Assembly: GCA_964592525.1 (NCBI GenBank)
Contig: CAZQFB010000001.1
Span: forward strand, 147,454-211,453
DNA length: 64,000 bases
Direction: 5' to 3'
From: an uncultured Candidatus Saccharibacteria bacterium
GTDB lineage: Bacteria > Patescibacteriota > WWE3 > CAZQFB01
A program made the translations under genes and the position numbers. This document shows, piece after piece, positions 18,430-28,698 of the stretch. The notes under the pieces are model-generated. The model was not told the origin of the DNA. It saw nothing but the letters and a program-made list of their open reading frames with translations, and did no database searches. Position 1 is the first letter of the stretch. Each line of letters begins with the position of its first letter.

Positions 18430-18472
18430 CATGTTGAAACTAAAAAATAAACTTAAGAATGGAGGTGTAACG

Positions 18473-19282
18473 GTGACCCGTCAGCTAGTGGAAGGGGTGG
18501 TAGCTGTGTTGGAAAGCTTCGATCGTTTACCTGAAAATCCGGATCGGGGATACCTTAGGGAAATGGTCAAAATGCAGATTGAAACGCAAGGGTTTTTGAA
18601 CTTGGTTGTTTTTGTGTGTCCAGACACTAATCAATTTGCTTTAAGTACAGCTACTCCGGAGCGTTTCTTTCCAGAAAGAAGCAGCACGAGTGATTTGTTT
18701 CAGCCACGGATTCTTAAGATAAAAGAATTGAGAAGAATGCTCTTTGAAAAGGTTGGTGTTGTAACTTGGCTCAACTTTATTTTAGGAGACAACGGTGCAG
18801 ATCTCTATTTGCTTCCATTCCTTAAAAGGCTGGCTATGGATTGGGAGGAGTATGGTTACAGGCGAAAGAAATACTATCGAAGCTTTTGCACTCGCGTGGG
18901 GGTTGAGTTTGGAATTATGACAGAGGTTTGGAGCTTAGCCGATCTTAACATGCGCTTTTTTGAAGGAGAAGTAGAGTTTTCTCTGGAAGAGCTTGAGCAG
19001 GAAAGATTGAAAAGAGCGGGTGATTACCAAGAAACGTTTTCTGCCTTTGAGGTTAGCGCAGAGTCACAACGCCGCATGGTAAGACTCAAAAGATTAGCTT
19101 ATCTAGCGCAAGGTCAGTTCATTGAGGAGATGGGAGGAGTTTTTCTGCAAACTGAAATGCCCTGGCTCTTTAAAACTCTGATGTTGCGGTCATCAAATAG
19201 AGAACAACCAATACGAGCACTTCCTACTATCTATCCCTGGATACGACGAGAAGAGCTGAAAGAGATTAAGAAAGGGGGGTAG
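18473..19282 (+). CDS. Hypothetical 269-aa alpha/beta protein downstream of the T-box and tRNA-His
   Basis: GGAGGTG SD at 18461 before GTG 18473; the listed start at 18371 lies inside the tRNA. Confidence 0.8.
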   Translation: MTRQLVEGVVAVLESFDRLPENPDRGYLREMVKMQIETQGFLNLVVFVCPDTNQFALSTATPERFFPERSSTSDLFQPRILKIKELRRMLFEKVGVVTWLNFILGDNGADLYLLPFLKRLAMDWEEYGYRRKKYYRSFCTRVGVEFGIMTEVWSLADLNMRFFEGEVEFSLEELEQERLKRAGDYQETFSAFEVSAESQRRMVRLKRLAYLAQGQFIEEMGGVFLQTEMPWLFKTLMLRSSNREQPIRALPTIYPWIRREELKEIKKGG

Positions 19283-19283
19283 T

Positions 19284-19385
19284 ATGCATCCACACCACCG
19301 AAGTTTTGGTGGTATGGGTCCTCACGGAGAAGGTCGGGTGAGAGGGCTGGGGAGGGAAGCACTAGCTTCCCTCCCCAATATCTAG
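19284..19385 (+). CDS. Putative His-rich 33-aa micropeptide MHPHHRSFGGMGPHGEGRVRGLGREALASLPNI
   Basis: ATG 1 nt after the upstream stop, preceded by a G-run; 4 His in the first 14 codons; overlaps hairpins. Confidence 0.35.
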   Translation: MHPHHRSFGGMGPHGEGRVRGLGREALASLPNI

Positions 19386-19389
19386 ATAG

Positions 19390-19461
19390 TGACGCCTACG
19401 GGAATTGAACCCGTATTATCAGCATGAGAGGCTGATGTCCTAACCATTAGACGAAGGCGCC
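19390..19461 (-). tRNA. tRNA-Glu(CTC)
   Basis: Minus strand GGCGCCT...TCAGC-CTCTCAT-GCTGA...GGTTCAATTCC...AGGCGTCA. Confidence 0.96.
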
Positions 19462-20081
19462 AAACGGTAGCAGCAAAGGGTGCTAGAGTCTCGTGCGGGT
19501 ATTTTATTGGTTTATATCTCTAGCCGCAAGTACTTGTATCGGTATGAGCAATCTTGTGCAAAAAGTTGAATATATTTAGTAGTTATTTGTCTTAATCAAC
19601 TTAATAAAGTACGGTATTTAATTAAGCCTTGGGATATAAGCCTCTTTGCTCATAGCTATGTTCTCTTGTATGTTTATAGCCACCAGGAGTGCTAAGAGAG
19701 CCCACAAATCTTAGCAAGGTAGGATTCTTTAATTTAAGCTCCAGCAAAAGCCAAGTTTTGATAATGTCAAAACACTAAGTTATGAAGTTGAGGAGCGACT
19801 AATGACCCATATTGATGGTTTTTTGCTCCGCAGTACCCTCAAAAGAAGAGGTGGCGATACTTGTTGTTGCTATGACCTCCTGAAAGCAAACCTGGAAGCA
19901 CCATTTAAAATAAAACTTAAGTAATTAATATTTAGCCCTTAGTCTTAAAGTTTAACTGAATTAGCTAAATGCTCCCCCCTCCCCCTTGCTGCGTTGTGCG
20001 TCATAAACAAATTAACTCCCAATTACGTTTGGACATCCTTTCACGGCAAAAGAATGAGCTTTTTAATAAGCTAACTATAGG

Positions 20082-20852
20082 TTAGTTAGTGGTATTGATA
20101 ATAAAAATTTTAATTGCCTGTGCAGTTTCTGCTGGATTGGTGATAGTGAGCAGGTGTGGCGCATTAGCCACTATTGCTAACTGGATTTTAGTTGATAAAG
20201 TGGTTAACCTTTGAGCTTCTTTAGTAGTTAAAATTTGGTCTTGTCCGCCAACCAGCAGTAACACTGGTTTGTTGATCTCTAGCAAAGATTTTTCTAGGTT
20301 AGTTGCGTAGAGTGAAAAAAGAATGTCGCGCATTGTTTCCGCTTCCATTAGCGTTAGATCATTAAGCACGCGTTGGTATCCTAAGACCTCAATTCCTCTA
20401 CCAGCTGATGGGAAAAAGCGAACTAAAGCTGCCAGCAACCTTTCTTGTGAAATAGCGGTTTTTGTAAACTGGGCGAGCTGGGGAGTGCTTAAAGACAATA
20501 AAACTAGCGGTTTAATAATTTTCAGGAGTAAGGAGCGCTTGGGGTTGATTGGTACTGCCAGCAAGGTTAAAGATTTTACTTTAGTTGGGAAATGCTGCGT
20601 GTACTTTAACGCGATTAAACCCCCCAAAGAAAAACCGACAAGGTGACACTCGTCAATTTCGTTGCCGGTTAAATAGTCATTTAACCAGTGACTGTAGTTG
20701 CTCATGGCGTAACCTTCGCTTAGGGTTTTACCTTCTCTGTGTCCCGGTAAAATGGGAGTGTAAACGTCATAATTACTACGGAAAAGAGCTAAAAACTCAT
20801 CAGCTAAAGTGGTAATACCAAAACCATGAAGAAAAACGATTTTTTCAGCCAT
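20082..20852 (-). CDS. Alpha/beta hydrolase
   Basis: FLHG, GFSLGG nucleophile elbow, G..D, C-terminal His. Confidence 0.9.
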   Translation of the reverse strand: MAEKIVFLHGFGITTLADEFLALFRSNYDVYTPILPGHREGKTLSEGYAMSNYSHWLNDYLTGNEIDECHLVGFSLGGLIALKYTQHFPTKVKSLTLLAVPINPKRSLLLKIIKPLVLLSLSTPQLAQFTKTAISQERLLAALVRFFPSAGRGIEVLGYQRVLNDLTLMEAETMRDILFSLYATNLEKSLLEINKPVLLLVGGQDQILTTKEAQRLTTLSTKIQLAIVANAPHLLTITNPAETAQAIKIFIINTTN

Positions 20853-20900
20853 ACTAATTTTAACAATACCTTAAGTTGTATTGTTTGTTAAACTGTAGTT

Positions 20901-21233
20901 ATGACCACTGAATATATTTCTTTCGCGGAATTTAAAAAATTGGAGATTCGAATTGGTACTATTATTGACGCACAAAAGGTTGTAGGTAAGGATAAATTGC
21001 TGCTTTTGAAAGTAGATTGTGGTGATGAGCTTAGAGAATTGGTGGCTGGGATCGCTGAATATTACTCACCGGAAGAGCTTAAGGATAAACAAATACCAGT
21101 CTTAATGAATCTTGAAGCTAAAGAGATCGCCGGTATAAAAAGCCAGGGCATGATCTTGGCGGTAGATGTGGCTGGTAAACCAATTCTTCTGCAACCTGAT
21201 ATTATTGTGCCCTCTGGCAGTGTGGTACGCTGA
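20901..21233 (+). CDS. tRNA-binding OB-fold protein (Trbp111/CsaA/MetG C-terminal-like)
   Basis: ISFAEFKKLEIRIG, KLL.LKVD.G, NL....AGIKSQGMILA. Confidence 0.9.
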   Translation: MTTEYISFAEFKKLEIRIGTIIDAQKVVGKDKLLLLKVDCGDELRELVAGIAEYYSPEELKDKQIPVLMNLEAKEIAGIKSQGMILAVDVAGKPILLQPDIIVPSGSVVR

Positions 21234-21315
21234 TCCCCCCACCCCCTTTAAGTCGTACAACAATGTTAAGGTTTTGTTTTTTGACTTTAGCTTTTAGCTT
21301 AGGTAGTTTTAAGAT

Positions 21316-21927
21316 ATGACGCACACCTTACCTCCCCTGCCCTATTCCTATAAAGCTCTGGAACCGTATTTAGATGGTCAGATGCTAAAAATACATCACC
21401 AGCAACACCATCAGGCTTATGTGGATAAACTTAATCAGACGCTCGCTGATTACGAAGATTTAGCAGCGAAACCATTAGCCGAACTACTCAATTCCTTGGA
21501 ACTTTTACCGGAAGCGGTGCAAAAGGCTATTGTGAATTTTGGTGGCGGTCATTATAACCATAGTTTTTTTTGGACGGTGCTGTGTGCTCCCAACAAGGGC
21601 AAACCCACTGGGTCTTTATTAGCGCAACTGGAAGAGGATTTTGGTAGTTTTGAGGGGTTTAAAGCTAAATTTAAGGAAGCAGCGCTTGCTCTCTTTGGCA
21701 GTGGGTGGGTCTGGCTAATCTCTGAACCACAACTTTTAACTATCTACTCCACACCCAATCAAGAATCGCCTATAATGGAGGGTAAGAAACCAATATTAGG
21801 GCTTGATTTATGGGAGCATGCTTATCATATTCAATACCAAAGCCATCGCGCAGAGTATCTAGAAGCTTGGTGGCAGATTGTTAACTGGGAGCAGGTTACT
21901 TCTTATTACGAAAAGGAGTCAAAATGA
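21316..21927 (+). CDS. sodA: Fe/Mn superoxide dismutase
   Basis: LPY...ALEP, HH..HH, GGHYNHSFFW, FGSGW, DLWEHAY. Confidence 0.95.
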   Translation: MTHTLPPLPYSYKALEPYLDGQMLKIHHQQHHQAYVDKLNQTLADYEDLAAKPLAELLNSLELLPEAVQKAIVNFGGGHYNHSFFWTVLCAPNKGKPTGSLLAQLEEDFGSFEGFKAKFKEAALALFGSGWVWLISEPQLLTIYSTPNQESPIMEGKKPILGLDLWEHAYHIQYQSHRAEYLEAWWQIVNWEQVTSYYEKESK

Positions 21928-22442
21928 ATAGTCGTCAATTATTAATTAGCAAAGTGATCTTGTTTTTATTAGTTTTATCTGGGGTGCTGTACATATTTAG
22001 AAATTACGCTCTGAAGAAGCAGCTTCCAGAAAAAGAGGTTACTCCCATAGTTAAGGAGCAAGAGTTCCCTAATTTAGCTAAGGAAAAATATATTATTGAG
22101 GTTGAGGAAGATCCCATGCTGGGGTATATCCTTATTGATGCAAATGGTAATACGCTTTATACCTATGCCCAAGATACAGCTGGGGTCAGTACTTGTCTTG
22201 GTAGTTGTTTAGAGCAGTGGCCTCCCTTTTTAGTTAGTAATGTGGAGCAATTAACAGCGCCAATTGGTATTGCACCTGATTTAGCTGTGCTAACTCGAGC
22301 TGATGGTACCATGCAGGTTAGCTATCAAGGTAAACCTCTTTACTACTACACTGGTGATTTAGAACCTGGGGATAATAAAGGTCACAATTACCAAGAGAGG
22401 TGGTTTACTGTCTCCGTTCAAGATCCTTACCTGCTTAATTAA
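21924..22442 (+). CDS. COG4315-type secreted repeat protein (Yx(FWY)xxD)
   Basis: G.TLYTYAQD, C...C...WPP, R.DG..QV.Y.G.PLYYY.GD. Confidence 0.85.
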   Translation: MNSRQLLISKVILFLLVLSGVLYIFRNYALKKQLPEKEVTPIVKEQEFPNLAKEKYIIEVEEDPMLGYILIDANGNTLYTYAQDTAGVSTCLGSCLEQWPPFLVSNVEQLTAPIGIAPDLAVLTRADGTMQVSYQGKPLYYYTGDLEPGDNKGHNYQERWFTVSVQDPYLLN

Positions 22443-22451
22443 GCTCAAATT

Positions 22452-22964
22452 ATGCCAACAAGGTTAAAGCATCACATAGAGGGGTATAGTGGGGCACTTA
22501 TGTTGGGTATTAACGATGCTTTAGTGGAAATGCTTGGCGCCTTGACCGGCTTTACCTTTGCCCTGCAAGATAATGTTTTGATTGCTTCTGTGGGTCTGAT
22601 TATGGGTATTGCTGCTTCTCTATCCATGGCAGCAGCTGAATATTTAGCTGTGCAGGAAGACGGTTCTAGAATACCTCCTTTCCGAGCAGCTATTTATACT
22701 GGTTCTGCCTATGTTATTTCCGTACTGCTCCTGATACTCCCCTATTTGATTTTCAACACACCACTTTTAGCTTGGTTATTTTCTATTTCTATGGCTATTG
22801 GCATAATTGCTCTTTTTAATCTGGTGCTTGCTCGATTTAAACAGCGCTCTGTTTGGTCTTCTTTTTGGCGCATGTTAGTGATTATTTTTGGAGTAACCTT
22901 GATATCCTACTTGTTAGGTTTAATCCTGCACGATTATTGTGTAGCCTGTAGAGTCTTAACTTAA
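22452..22964 (+). CDS. VIT1/CCC1 family metal transporter-like protein
   Basis: LGINDALVE, GIAASLSMAAAEYL. Confidence 0.88.
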   Translation: MPTRLKHHIEGYSGALMLGINDALVEMLGALTGFTFALQDNVLIASVGLIMGIAASLSMAAAEYLAVQEDGSRIPPFRAAIYTGSAYVISVLLLILPYLIFNTPLLAWLFSISMAIGIIALFNLVLARFKQRSVWSSFWRMLVIIFGVTLISYLLGLILHDYCVACRVLT

Positions 22965-22980
22965 AGAAGTACCTTGGGGT

Positions 22981-24222
22981 TTATTCAATCTCTCCCAGCT
23001 CAAGGGAGACTGTTTTCTCCTCACCTTTGCTTAGCAATTTGAGCGCAACGGTATCCCCCGTTTCTTTTTGTCCGATTAATCTGGCTAAGCTGGTTTCCGT
23101 GGTCACCTTTTGCCCAGCCACTTCAAGAATAATATCGTTTTCTTGTATGCCAGCTTTATCTGCCGGACTACCTGGCATGACTGCTGGTTCGGCCATTGTT
23201 TCTCCTCGTACCACTAACGCGCCATAATCAATCTCCAGGTTATTAGCCTGTTGTATTTCCTCATTGATCAGAATGTAGCGGACGCCAAGATAAGGACGCG
23301 TGATCTTACCTTTTTCCTGGACACTCTCTAAGGCTTGGCTGGCAACCTCCACGGGGATGGCAAAGCCAATGTTTTCAGCATTGCTGATGATGGCGGTGTT
23401 AATGCCAATCACCTGCCCCGCTAAATTAATTAAAGGTCCACCAGAATTACCGGGGTTGATAGCGGCATCCGTTTGGATGACGCCCTCCAAAAGTTCCGTG
23501 GACACGCCAAAACCACCCGCAGTCACCGAACGACTTAACCCCGAAATCACGCCGACACTTACACTATTGCTAAACTCACCCAGCGCATTACCAATGGCAA
23601 TCGCTAATTGTCCGGCTTTCAGTTCACTGCTTGTACCAAGCTCTACAAAGGGCAGTTCTCCCTCCGTTTCAACTTTGATAATCGCTAGATCAGTGGTTGG
23701 ATGACTGGCTAGGACCTCTGCTTCTAGCTTAAGCCCATTGTTTGTTAGTACCGTGTAATCAGCCGTTTCATCCTCAACCACATGCTTATTAGTCACAATC
23801 AAACCGTTGGCGGAGACAATAAAGCCACTACCCCCACCGATTTCTTGTTTTTGGGTTCCGCGTTCATACTCTTCAATCTGGGGACCAAAAAAATACTCAA
23901 AAGGATCGTCGGTAAAAGGATCAAAGTTTTTGTAGCGCCGTTCAATAATAGGTAGGTCTTTGCTAACGACAATGCTCACTACTGCTGGGGTAACTTTTTC
24001 AACCGCAGCAATAATAGCTGATTCTTCCGTGACGACCTCTTGGCGGGTTTGCTTTGCTTGCTCTGAAGTAAAAATATTTTTATTTTGTCCGGTTAAGTAT
24101 CCCGCTAGCCCACCAGCAATTGTCGCCACGAGAGTGCTCAAAACCATAACTGACAACAAAAACCTAATTCTGATGGCACTTCTGGGGGCTGGTTTTACAC
24201 TGGTGTCGCTAATATCGTTCAT
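22981..24222 (-). CDS. htrA: HtrA/DegP-family serine protease with PDZ
   Basis: GSGFIV, TNKHVV, DLA, QTDAAINPGNSGGPL, PDZ domain. Confidence 0.95.
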   Translation of the reverse strand: MNDISDTSVKPAPRSAIRIRFLLSVMVLSTLVATIAGGLAGYLTGQNKNIFTSEQAKQTRQEVVTEESAIIAAVEKVTPAVVSIVVSKDLPIIERRYKNFDPFTDDPFEYFFGPQIEEYERGTQKQEIGGGSGFIVSANGLIVTNKHVVEDETADYTVLTNNGLKLEAEVLASHPTTDLAIIKVETEGELPFVELGTSSELKAGQLAIAIGNALGEFSNSVSVGVISGLSRSVTAGGFGVSTELLEGVIQTDAAINPGNSGGPLINLAGQVIGINTAIISNAENIGFAIPVEVASQALESVQEKGKITRPYLGVRYILINEEIQQANNLEIDYGALVVRGETMAEPAVMPGSPADKAGIQENDIILEVAGQKVTTETSLARLIGQKETGDTVALKLLSKGEEKTVSLELGEIE

Positions 24223-24331
24223 CGGGTGATTATTTTAACATGGTTGGTTGAGCGAGAGAAGTAGCTTGGACAATTGTTTATTCGTGCTATAGTTTTCTTA
24301 AAGTTACCCCCTGCCACAAACAACAGATAGT

Positions 24332-26938
24332 ATGGTTGCTGATGCTCTCTTAACCCCAATGATGAAACAGTATCTTTCGCTTAAGAAAGAATACGATGAT
24401 TGTATCCTCTTTTTCCGGATGGGTGATTTTTACGAGATGTTTCTGGATGATGCCAAGATAGCCTCTCAAGTGCTGGATATTACCCTGACAGCTAGAGATA
24501 AAAAGAAACAAATTCCTATGGCGGGCGTGCCCTATCACGCAGTTGATTCGTATTTAGCTAAGATGGTGGGAGCTGGGTATAAAGTAGCGATTTGTGAGCA
24601 AGTGACAGAGCCTGGTTCGGGTCTGGTGGCTCGGGATGTTGTGCGCGTGGTCACTCCGGGTACTGTGCTGGACGAAAAATCTCTGGACAAAGGCAAGAAT
24701 AACTATGTCTTAAGCCTAAGCTTGAAGACAAAAAAAAATATCGGTTTTGCTTTAGCGGATGTTTCTACGGGTAAGTTTTTGGTGGCTGAATATCCTTTAA
24801 CTAATCTTGCCGGTCAGTTAGCAGATGAGCTGGTCAGATTCTCTCCCAGAGAATGCATTTTAAGTGAATCATCCTACGCTGATCCGGTTCTGCTTAGAGA
24901 ATTACGCCAGTTTCGTCATTTAAATATTTATTGTTTTCACTCTTGGGAGCAGTATGCTTCTTGTGCGCAGCAAGTGCTTAAAGAGCATTTTAAGGTCACT
25001 AGTTTACGTGGTTTGGGCATAACAGGTGCGGAAGAAATGGCAGCAGCAGCAACACTTTTGGGGTACCTGCAACAAACACAAAAAAGCCAACTGTCTCATC
25101 TCAAAACGATTTCTTCTGCCCGGAAAGAAAACCATTTAGTGATGGATCGTTCCACAATTTTAAATCTTGAGCTTTTTGCCACAATCCGGGAAGGGGACAA
25201 AAGGGGCTCGTTACTTGAGGTTTTGGATGATACTAAAACTGCCATGGGTAGTCGCTTACTTAGAGAATGGGTGTTAGCTCCGTTGATTGAGCTGGCAGAA
25301 ATTAACAAGCGCTTAGAGGCGACGCAATATTTGGTGACTAACCGTCAAGTGCGAGGTGAATTACGCGAGCTCTTAACGGGAATCCTTGATTTGGAAAGAT
25401 TGCTGGCGAGATTGTCTGCTGGTTTGGGTTCAGCTCGTGAGCTGATCACCCTTAAACGCTCTTTGCGTAATGGGCTACAGCTTAGAGAAATTCTGCCCGT
25501 GGCTAGTCAGGAAGTAGTTATTTTAGCGTCTCTGTTTCCCCAAACAGTGATCACTTCCGCGACCAAACTACTGGCTAAGTTACAGGATCAGCTTGTTGAA
25601 GAACCTCCTTTGGAGGTGCGGGTAGGGGGTATGTTTAAGCAAGGCGTTAATCCTGAATTGGATGGGTTGTTAACTCAATTAGAAGGTGGTACCTCTTTTT
25701 TAACTGCTTACGAAGAAACGGAAAGAAAAAGAACGGGTATTAATTCTCTTAAGGTTAGGTATAACCAGGTTTTTGGGTATTACCTTGAAGTGAGTAAAGC
25801 TAATCTGCCCCAGGTCCCAACAGATTATCTTCGCAAACAGACTTTAGTTAATGCCGAAAGATTTATCACGCCCCAACTAAAAGAGTACGAAGAGCAGATT
25901 TTAACGGCTAAAGAAAAAAGGAGTGCCTTAGAATACCAGCTTTGGTTAGAGCTGGTGAAGGAGGTCTTAGCGGAACTTGATAATTTGCAGTACTTGGCAC
26001 GGTCAATCGCGACCATTGATTGTTTTGCGGCTTTGGCGCAAGTAGCGGAAGTTAATAGGTATGTTCGTCCTGAACTGTTTCCATCAGGAGAGCTGATCAT
26101 TAGGCAAGGTCGCCACCCGGTAGTGGAAAAATTACTTAACGAAGAAACTTTTGTGCCCAACGATGTTCAGTTTATTCCTAAAGAACGTGACTTAATTTTG
26201 TTGACTGGTCCGAATATGGCGGGTAAATCTGTTTATATGCGCCAGGTGGCTTTGATTGTGTTGTTAGCGCAAATGGGTAGTTTTGTGCCGGCAAACGAAG
26301 CCCGCTTACCTTTGACGGATAAGTTATTTGTGCGCAGTGGTGCTAGTGATCTGATTACCGCTAATTTGTCTACTTTTATGGTGGAAATGCTGGAAACTGC
26401 TCATATTTTGCACCATGCCACCTCCCGAAGCCTGGTGCTACTTGATGAGATTGGTCGCGGTACTAGTACCTATGATGGTTTGAGTTTGGCTTGGGCAGTG
26501 GTGGAATATTTAGCGTCTCTTTCAGAAGGTTGCCCCCGCACTATTTTTGCTACTCATTACCATGAATTACAGGTTTTAGCCGAGCGCTTAAGTGGGGTGG
26601 TGAAAGCGCAAGTCTTGGTTGAGGAAGATACTGCCGGTTTACGCTTTTTGCATACTGTGGTTGCTGGAGGGGCTTCCCATAGTTACGGTTTAGCGGTGGC
26701 TTCCTTAGCTGGCATCCCTGAAGCAGTAATCCAAAGAGCATTAGCGGTCTTGGCGGTTTTGGAAGCGAAAGAACAGACTCGCCCGGGTGAGGTGGCGGTA
26801 GTGCCTTATGCCCAGCAATTAAGCCTAATTTCCGAACAACCGCATCCAGTGTTGGACTTATTAAGAGCCTTGGACCTGGACCAGCTTACACCTTTAGAGG
26901 CACTGCAGAAATTGCATGACTTGAAAAATCAGTTGTGA
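24332..26938 (+). CDS. mutS: DNA mismatch repair protein MutS
   Basis: [47 protein letters not shown]. Confidence 0.98.
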   Translation: MVADALLTPMMKQYLSLKKEYDDCILFFRMGDFYEMFLDDAKIASQVLDITLTARDKKKQIPMAGVPYHAVDSYLAKMVGAGYKVAICEQVTEPGSGLVARDVVRVVTPGTVLDEKSLDKGKNNYVLSLSLKTKKNIGFALADVSTGKFLVAEYPLTNLAGQLADELVRFSPRECILSESSYADPVLLRELRQFRHLNIYCFHSWEQYASCAQQVLKEHFKVTSLRGLGITGAEEMAAAATLLGYLQQTQKSQLSHLKTISSARKENHLVMDRSTILNLELFATIREGDKRGSLLEVLDDTKTAMGSRLLREWVLAPLIELAEINKRLEATQYLVTNRQVRGELRELLTGILDLERLLARLSAGLGSARELITLKRSLRNGLQLREILPVASQEVVILASLFPQTVITSATKLLAKLQDQLVEEPPLEVRVGGMFKQGVNPELDGLLTQLEGGTSFLTAYEETERKRTGINSLKVRYNQVFGYYLEVSKANLPQVPTDYLRKQTLVNAERFITPQLKEYEEQILTAKEKRSALEYQLWLELVKEVLAELDNLQYLARSIATIDCFAALAQVAEVNRYVRPELFPSGELIIRQGRHPVVEKLLNEETFVPNDVQFIPKERDLILLTGPNMAGKSVYMRQVALIVLLAQMGSFVPANEARLPLTDKLFVRSGASDLITANLSTFMVEMLETAHILHHATSRSLVLLDEIGRGTSTYDGLSLAWAVVEYLASLSEGCPRTIFATHYHELQVLAERLSGVVKAQVLVEEDTAGLRFLHTVVAGGASHSYGLAVASLAGIPEAVIQRALAVLAVLEAKEQTRPGEVAVVPYAQQLSLISEQPHPVLDLLRALDLDQLTPLEALQKLHDLKNQL

Positions 26939-26964
26939 GCGAGAGAGGTGCTATACTCCTGAAT

Positions 26965-28698
26965 ATGGAAGGTCAAATCAGGAAATTACCCGACGAAGTG
27001 ATCACTCAAATTGCCGCTGGAGAGGTGGTGGAAAGACCGGCTTCAATTGTCAAAGAATTGGTTGAAAACGCGCTGGATGCTGAAGCGACCGAGATTATGG
27101 TGAGCGTTGTTGAGGGTGGTATTAAAGGTATCAGAGTGCAAGATAACGGGGTGGGGATGAATGACCTGGATTTACAAAGGTGTGTTTTAGCTCATACGAC
27201 CAGTAAGATCAACGTTTTTGAGGATTTGGTTAACCTTAATTCTTTTGGTTTTAGAGGGGAAGCTTTGGCGGCGATTGCGGCGGTGAGTAAATTTACTATT
27301 GCTAGTCGGCAAAACCATAAGCCGATGGGATATGCCTTGGAAGTTGTTTATGGCACTTGCGGTAAAATCCAGTCCATGGGAATGTCCTGCGGTACTTTGG
27401 TTACGGTGGAAAATCTATTTAGCACCATTCCCGCGCGACAAAAATTTTTAAAATCAGCCGTGACCGAATTTAACCATATTCTTGAAGTAGTAGCCTCAAT
27501 GGCGATTTTATTTCCGGAAAAAAGTTTCACCTTAAAACATAATGGCAAGGTAGCTTTATCTTACCCTAAAAGTGCCCAGCTGTCGGAAAGATTAGCCTTA
27601 GTGCTTGGGCAAAACACGGCGGAGAAAATGATTACGGTGGGCAGCGAATCGCCGTATTTAACCGTGACTGGGGTAGTCTCTCGACCAGAGCTGTCTACCA
27701 GTAGAGCCGATAAACAATTTTTATACGTTAATGGGCGTAGAATCACCGATCATTACTTGAGTGCTGCCATTAAAAGAGCTTACGGTACTCTGTTAATGCC
27801 ACGTTCTTACCCGTTGTATGCTCTATTTATTAACCTGCCTTCGGAAATGGTAGATATTAACGTTCATCCGCGAAAAAGTGAGGTGGCTTTTGTTAACAAA
27901 GGCGCCGTATTTCAGTTTTTAAAACAAGCGGTAGCGAAGGGTTTAGTGCAGGTAGATTTAACTTACGGTCGGTACCCAAGCGAGCCAGTGGCTAGTAATT
28001 TTGTTAGGCAAACGGAGGTCTTCGCTTTGCGGAGGACACCAACTATTTCCCACCCCTCTTTAGCGGCGGTGGCTGAAGCGGTCAAATGGCAACAACCCCT
28101 AATATCTTCTGTGGTTAAGCAAACGATTGCGGAAGAAGTCTGGCAGCTTGAGTTATGTTATTTGGTGACGTTGTCGTCGCAAGGTTTGTTGATTGTTGAT
28201 CAGCATGCTGCGCATGAGCGAGTGTTATACGAAAAGTTGTGGCGTGAGTTTAACGAGCAAAAAAAGCAGGGTCGCTCACAAAAACTTTTAGTACCACTTG
28301 AATTGAAGTTGACGGTACCTCAAGAAGAAGCTTTAACAGAACAGCTAACCATTTTGGCAAAAATTGGGTTTCTCTTTTCCGAAACGAAACCTCTGCACGT
28401 AGTTGGTGTACCAGTGTTTTTGGTCGGACGTGATATTTATGCCATTATTCACGAAGTCCTGGACGATATCTTAAACGATTCGCCAGCCGAGATTGATAAC
28501 CAGAGTTTGAGGATACTAACTTATCTTTCTTGTCGGGGCGCGGTTAAGAAAGGGGATTACCTTTCGCCAGAGGAGAGGCAAGCGCTGTTGCGTGAGTTGT
28601 GGCAGTGTGAGAGTGCCTATACCTGTCCTCACGGTAGACCAGTGAGCATTGATCTAGCAATAAAAGATCTTGAAAAGATGTTCAAGAGAGTTATTTGA
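26965..28698 (+). CDS. mutL: DNA mismatch repair protein MutL
   Basis: IAAGEVVERP, KELVENALDA, GFRGEAL, endonuclease DQHAAHER, SCR, CPHGRP. Confidence 0.98.
   Translation: MEGQIRKLPDEVITQIAAGEVVERPASIVKELVENALDAEATEIMVSVVEGGIKGIRVQDNGVGMNDLDLQRCVLAHTTSKINVFEDLVNLNSFGFRGEALAAIAAVSKFTIASRQNHKPMGYALEVVYGTCGKIQSMGMSCGTLVTVENLFSTIPARQKFLKSAVTEFNHILEVVASMAILFPEKSFTLKHNGKVALSYPKSAQLSERLALVLGQNTAEKMITVGSESPYLTVTGVVSRPELSTSRADKQFLYVNGRRITDHYLSAAIKRAYGTLLMPRSYPLYALFINLPSEMVDINVHPRKSEVAFVNKGAVFQFLKQAVAKGLVQVDLTYGRYPSEPVASNFVRQTEVFALRRTPTISHPSLAAVAEAVKWQQPLISSVVKQTIAEEVWQLELCYLVTLSSQGLLIVDQHAAHERVLYEKLWREFNEQKKQGRSQKLLVPLELKLTVPQEEALTEQLTILAKIGFLFSETKPLHVVGVPVFLVGRDIYAIIHEVLDDILNDSPAEIDNQSLRILTYLSCRGAVKKGDYLSPEERQALLRELWQCESAYTCPHGRPVSIDLAIKDLEKMFKRVI

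Noticed and set aside
18371-18472. N-terminal extension of the 303-aa ORF
   Set aside because: It overlaps tRNA-His; a strong SD supports GTG 18473.
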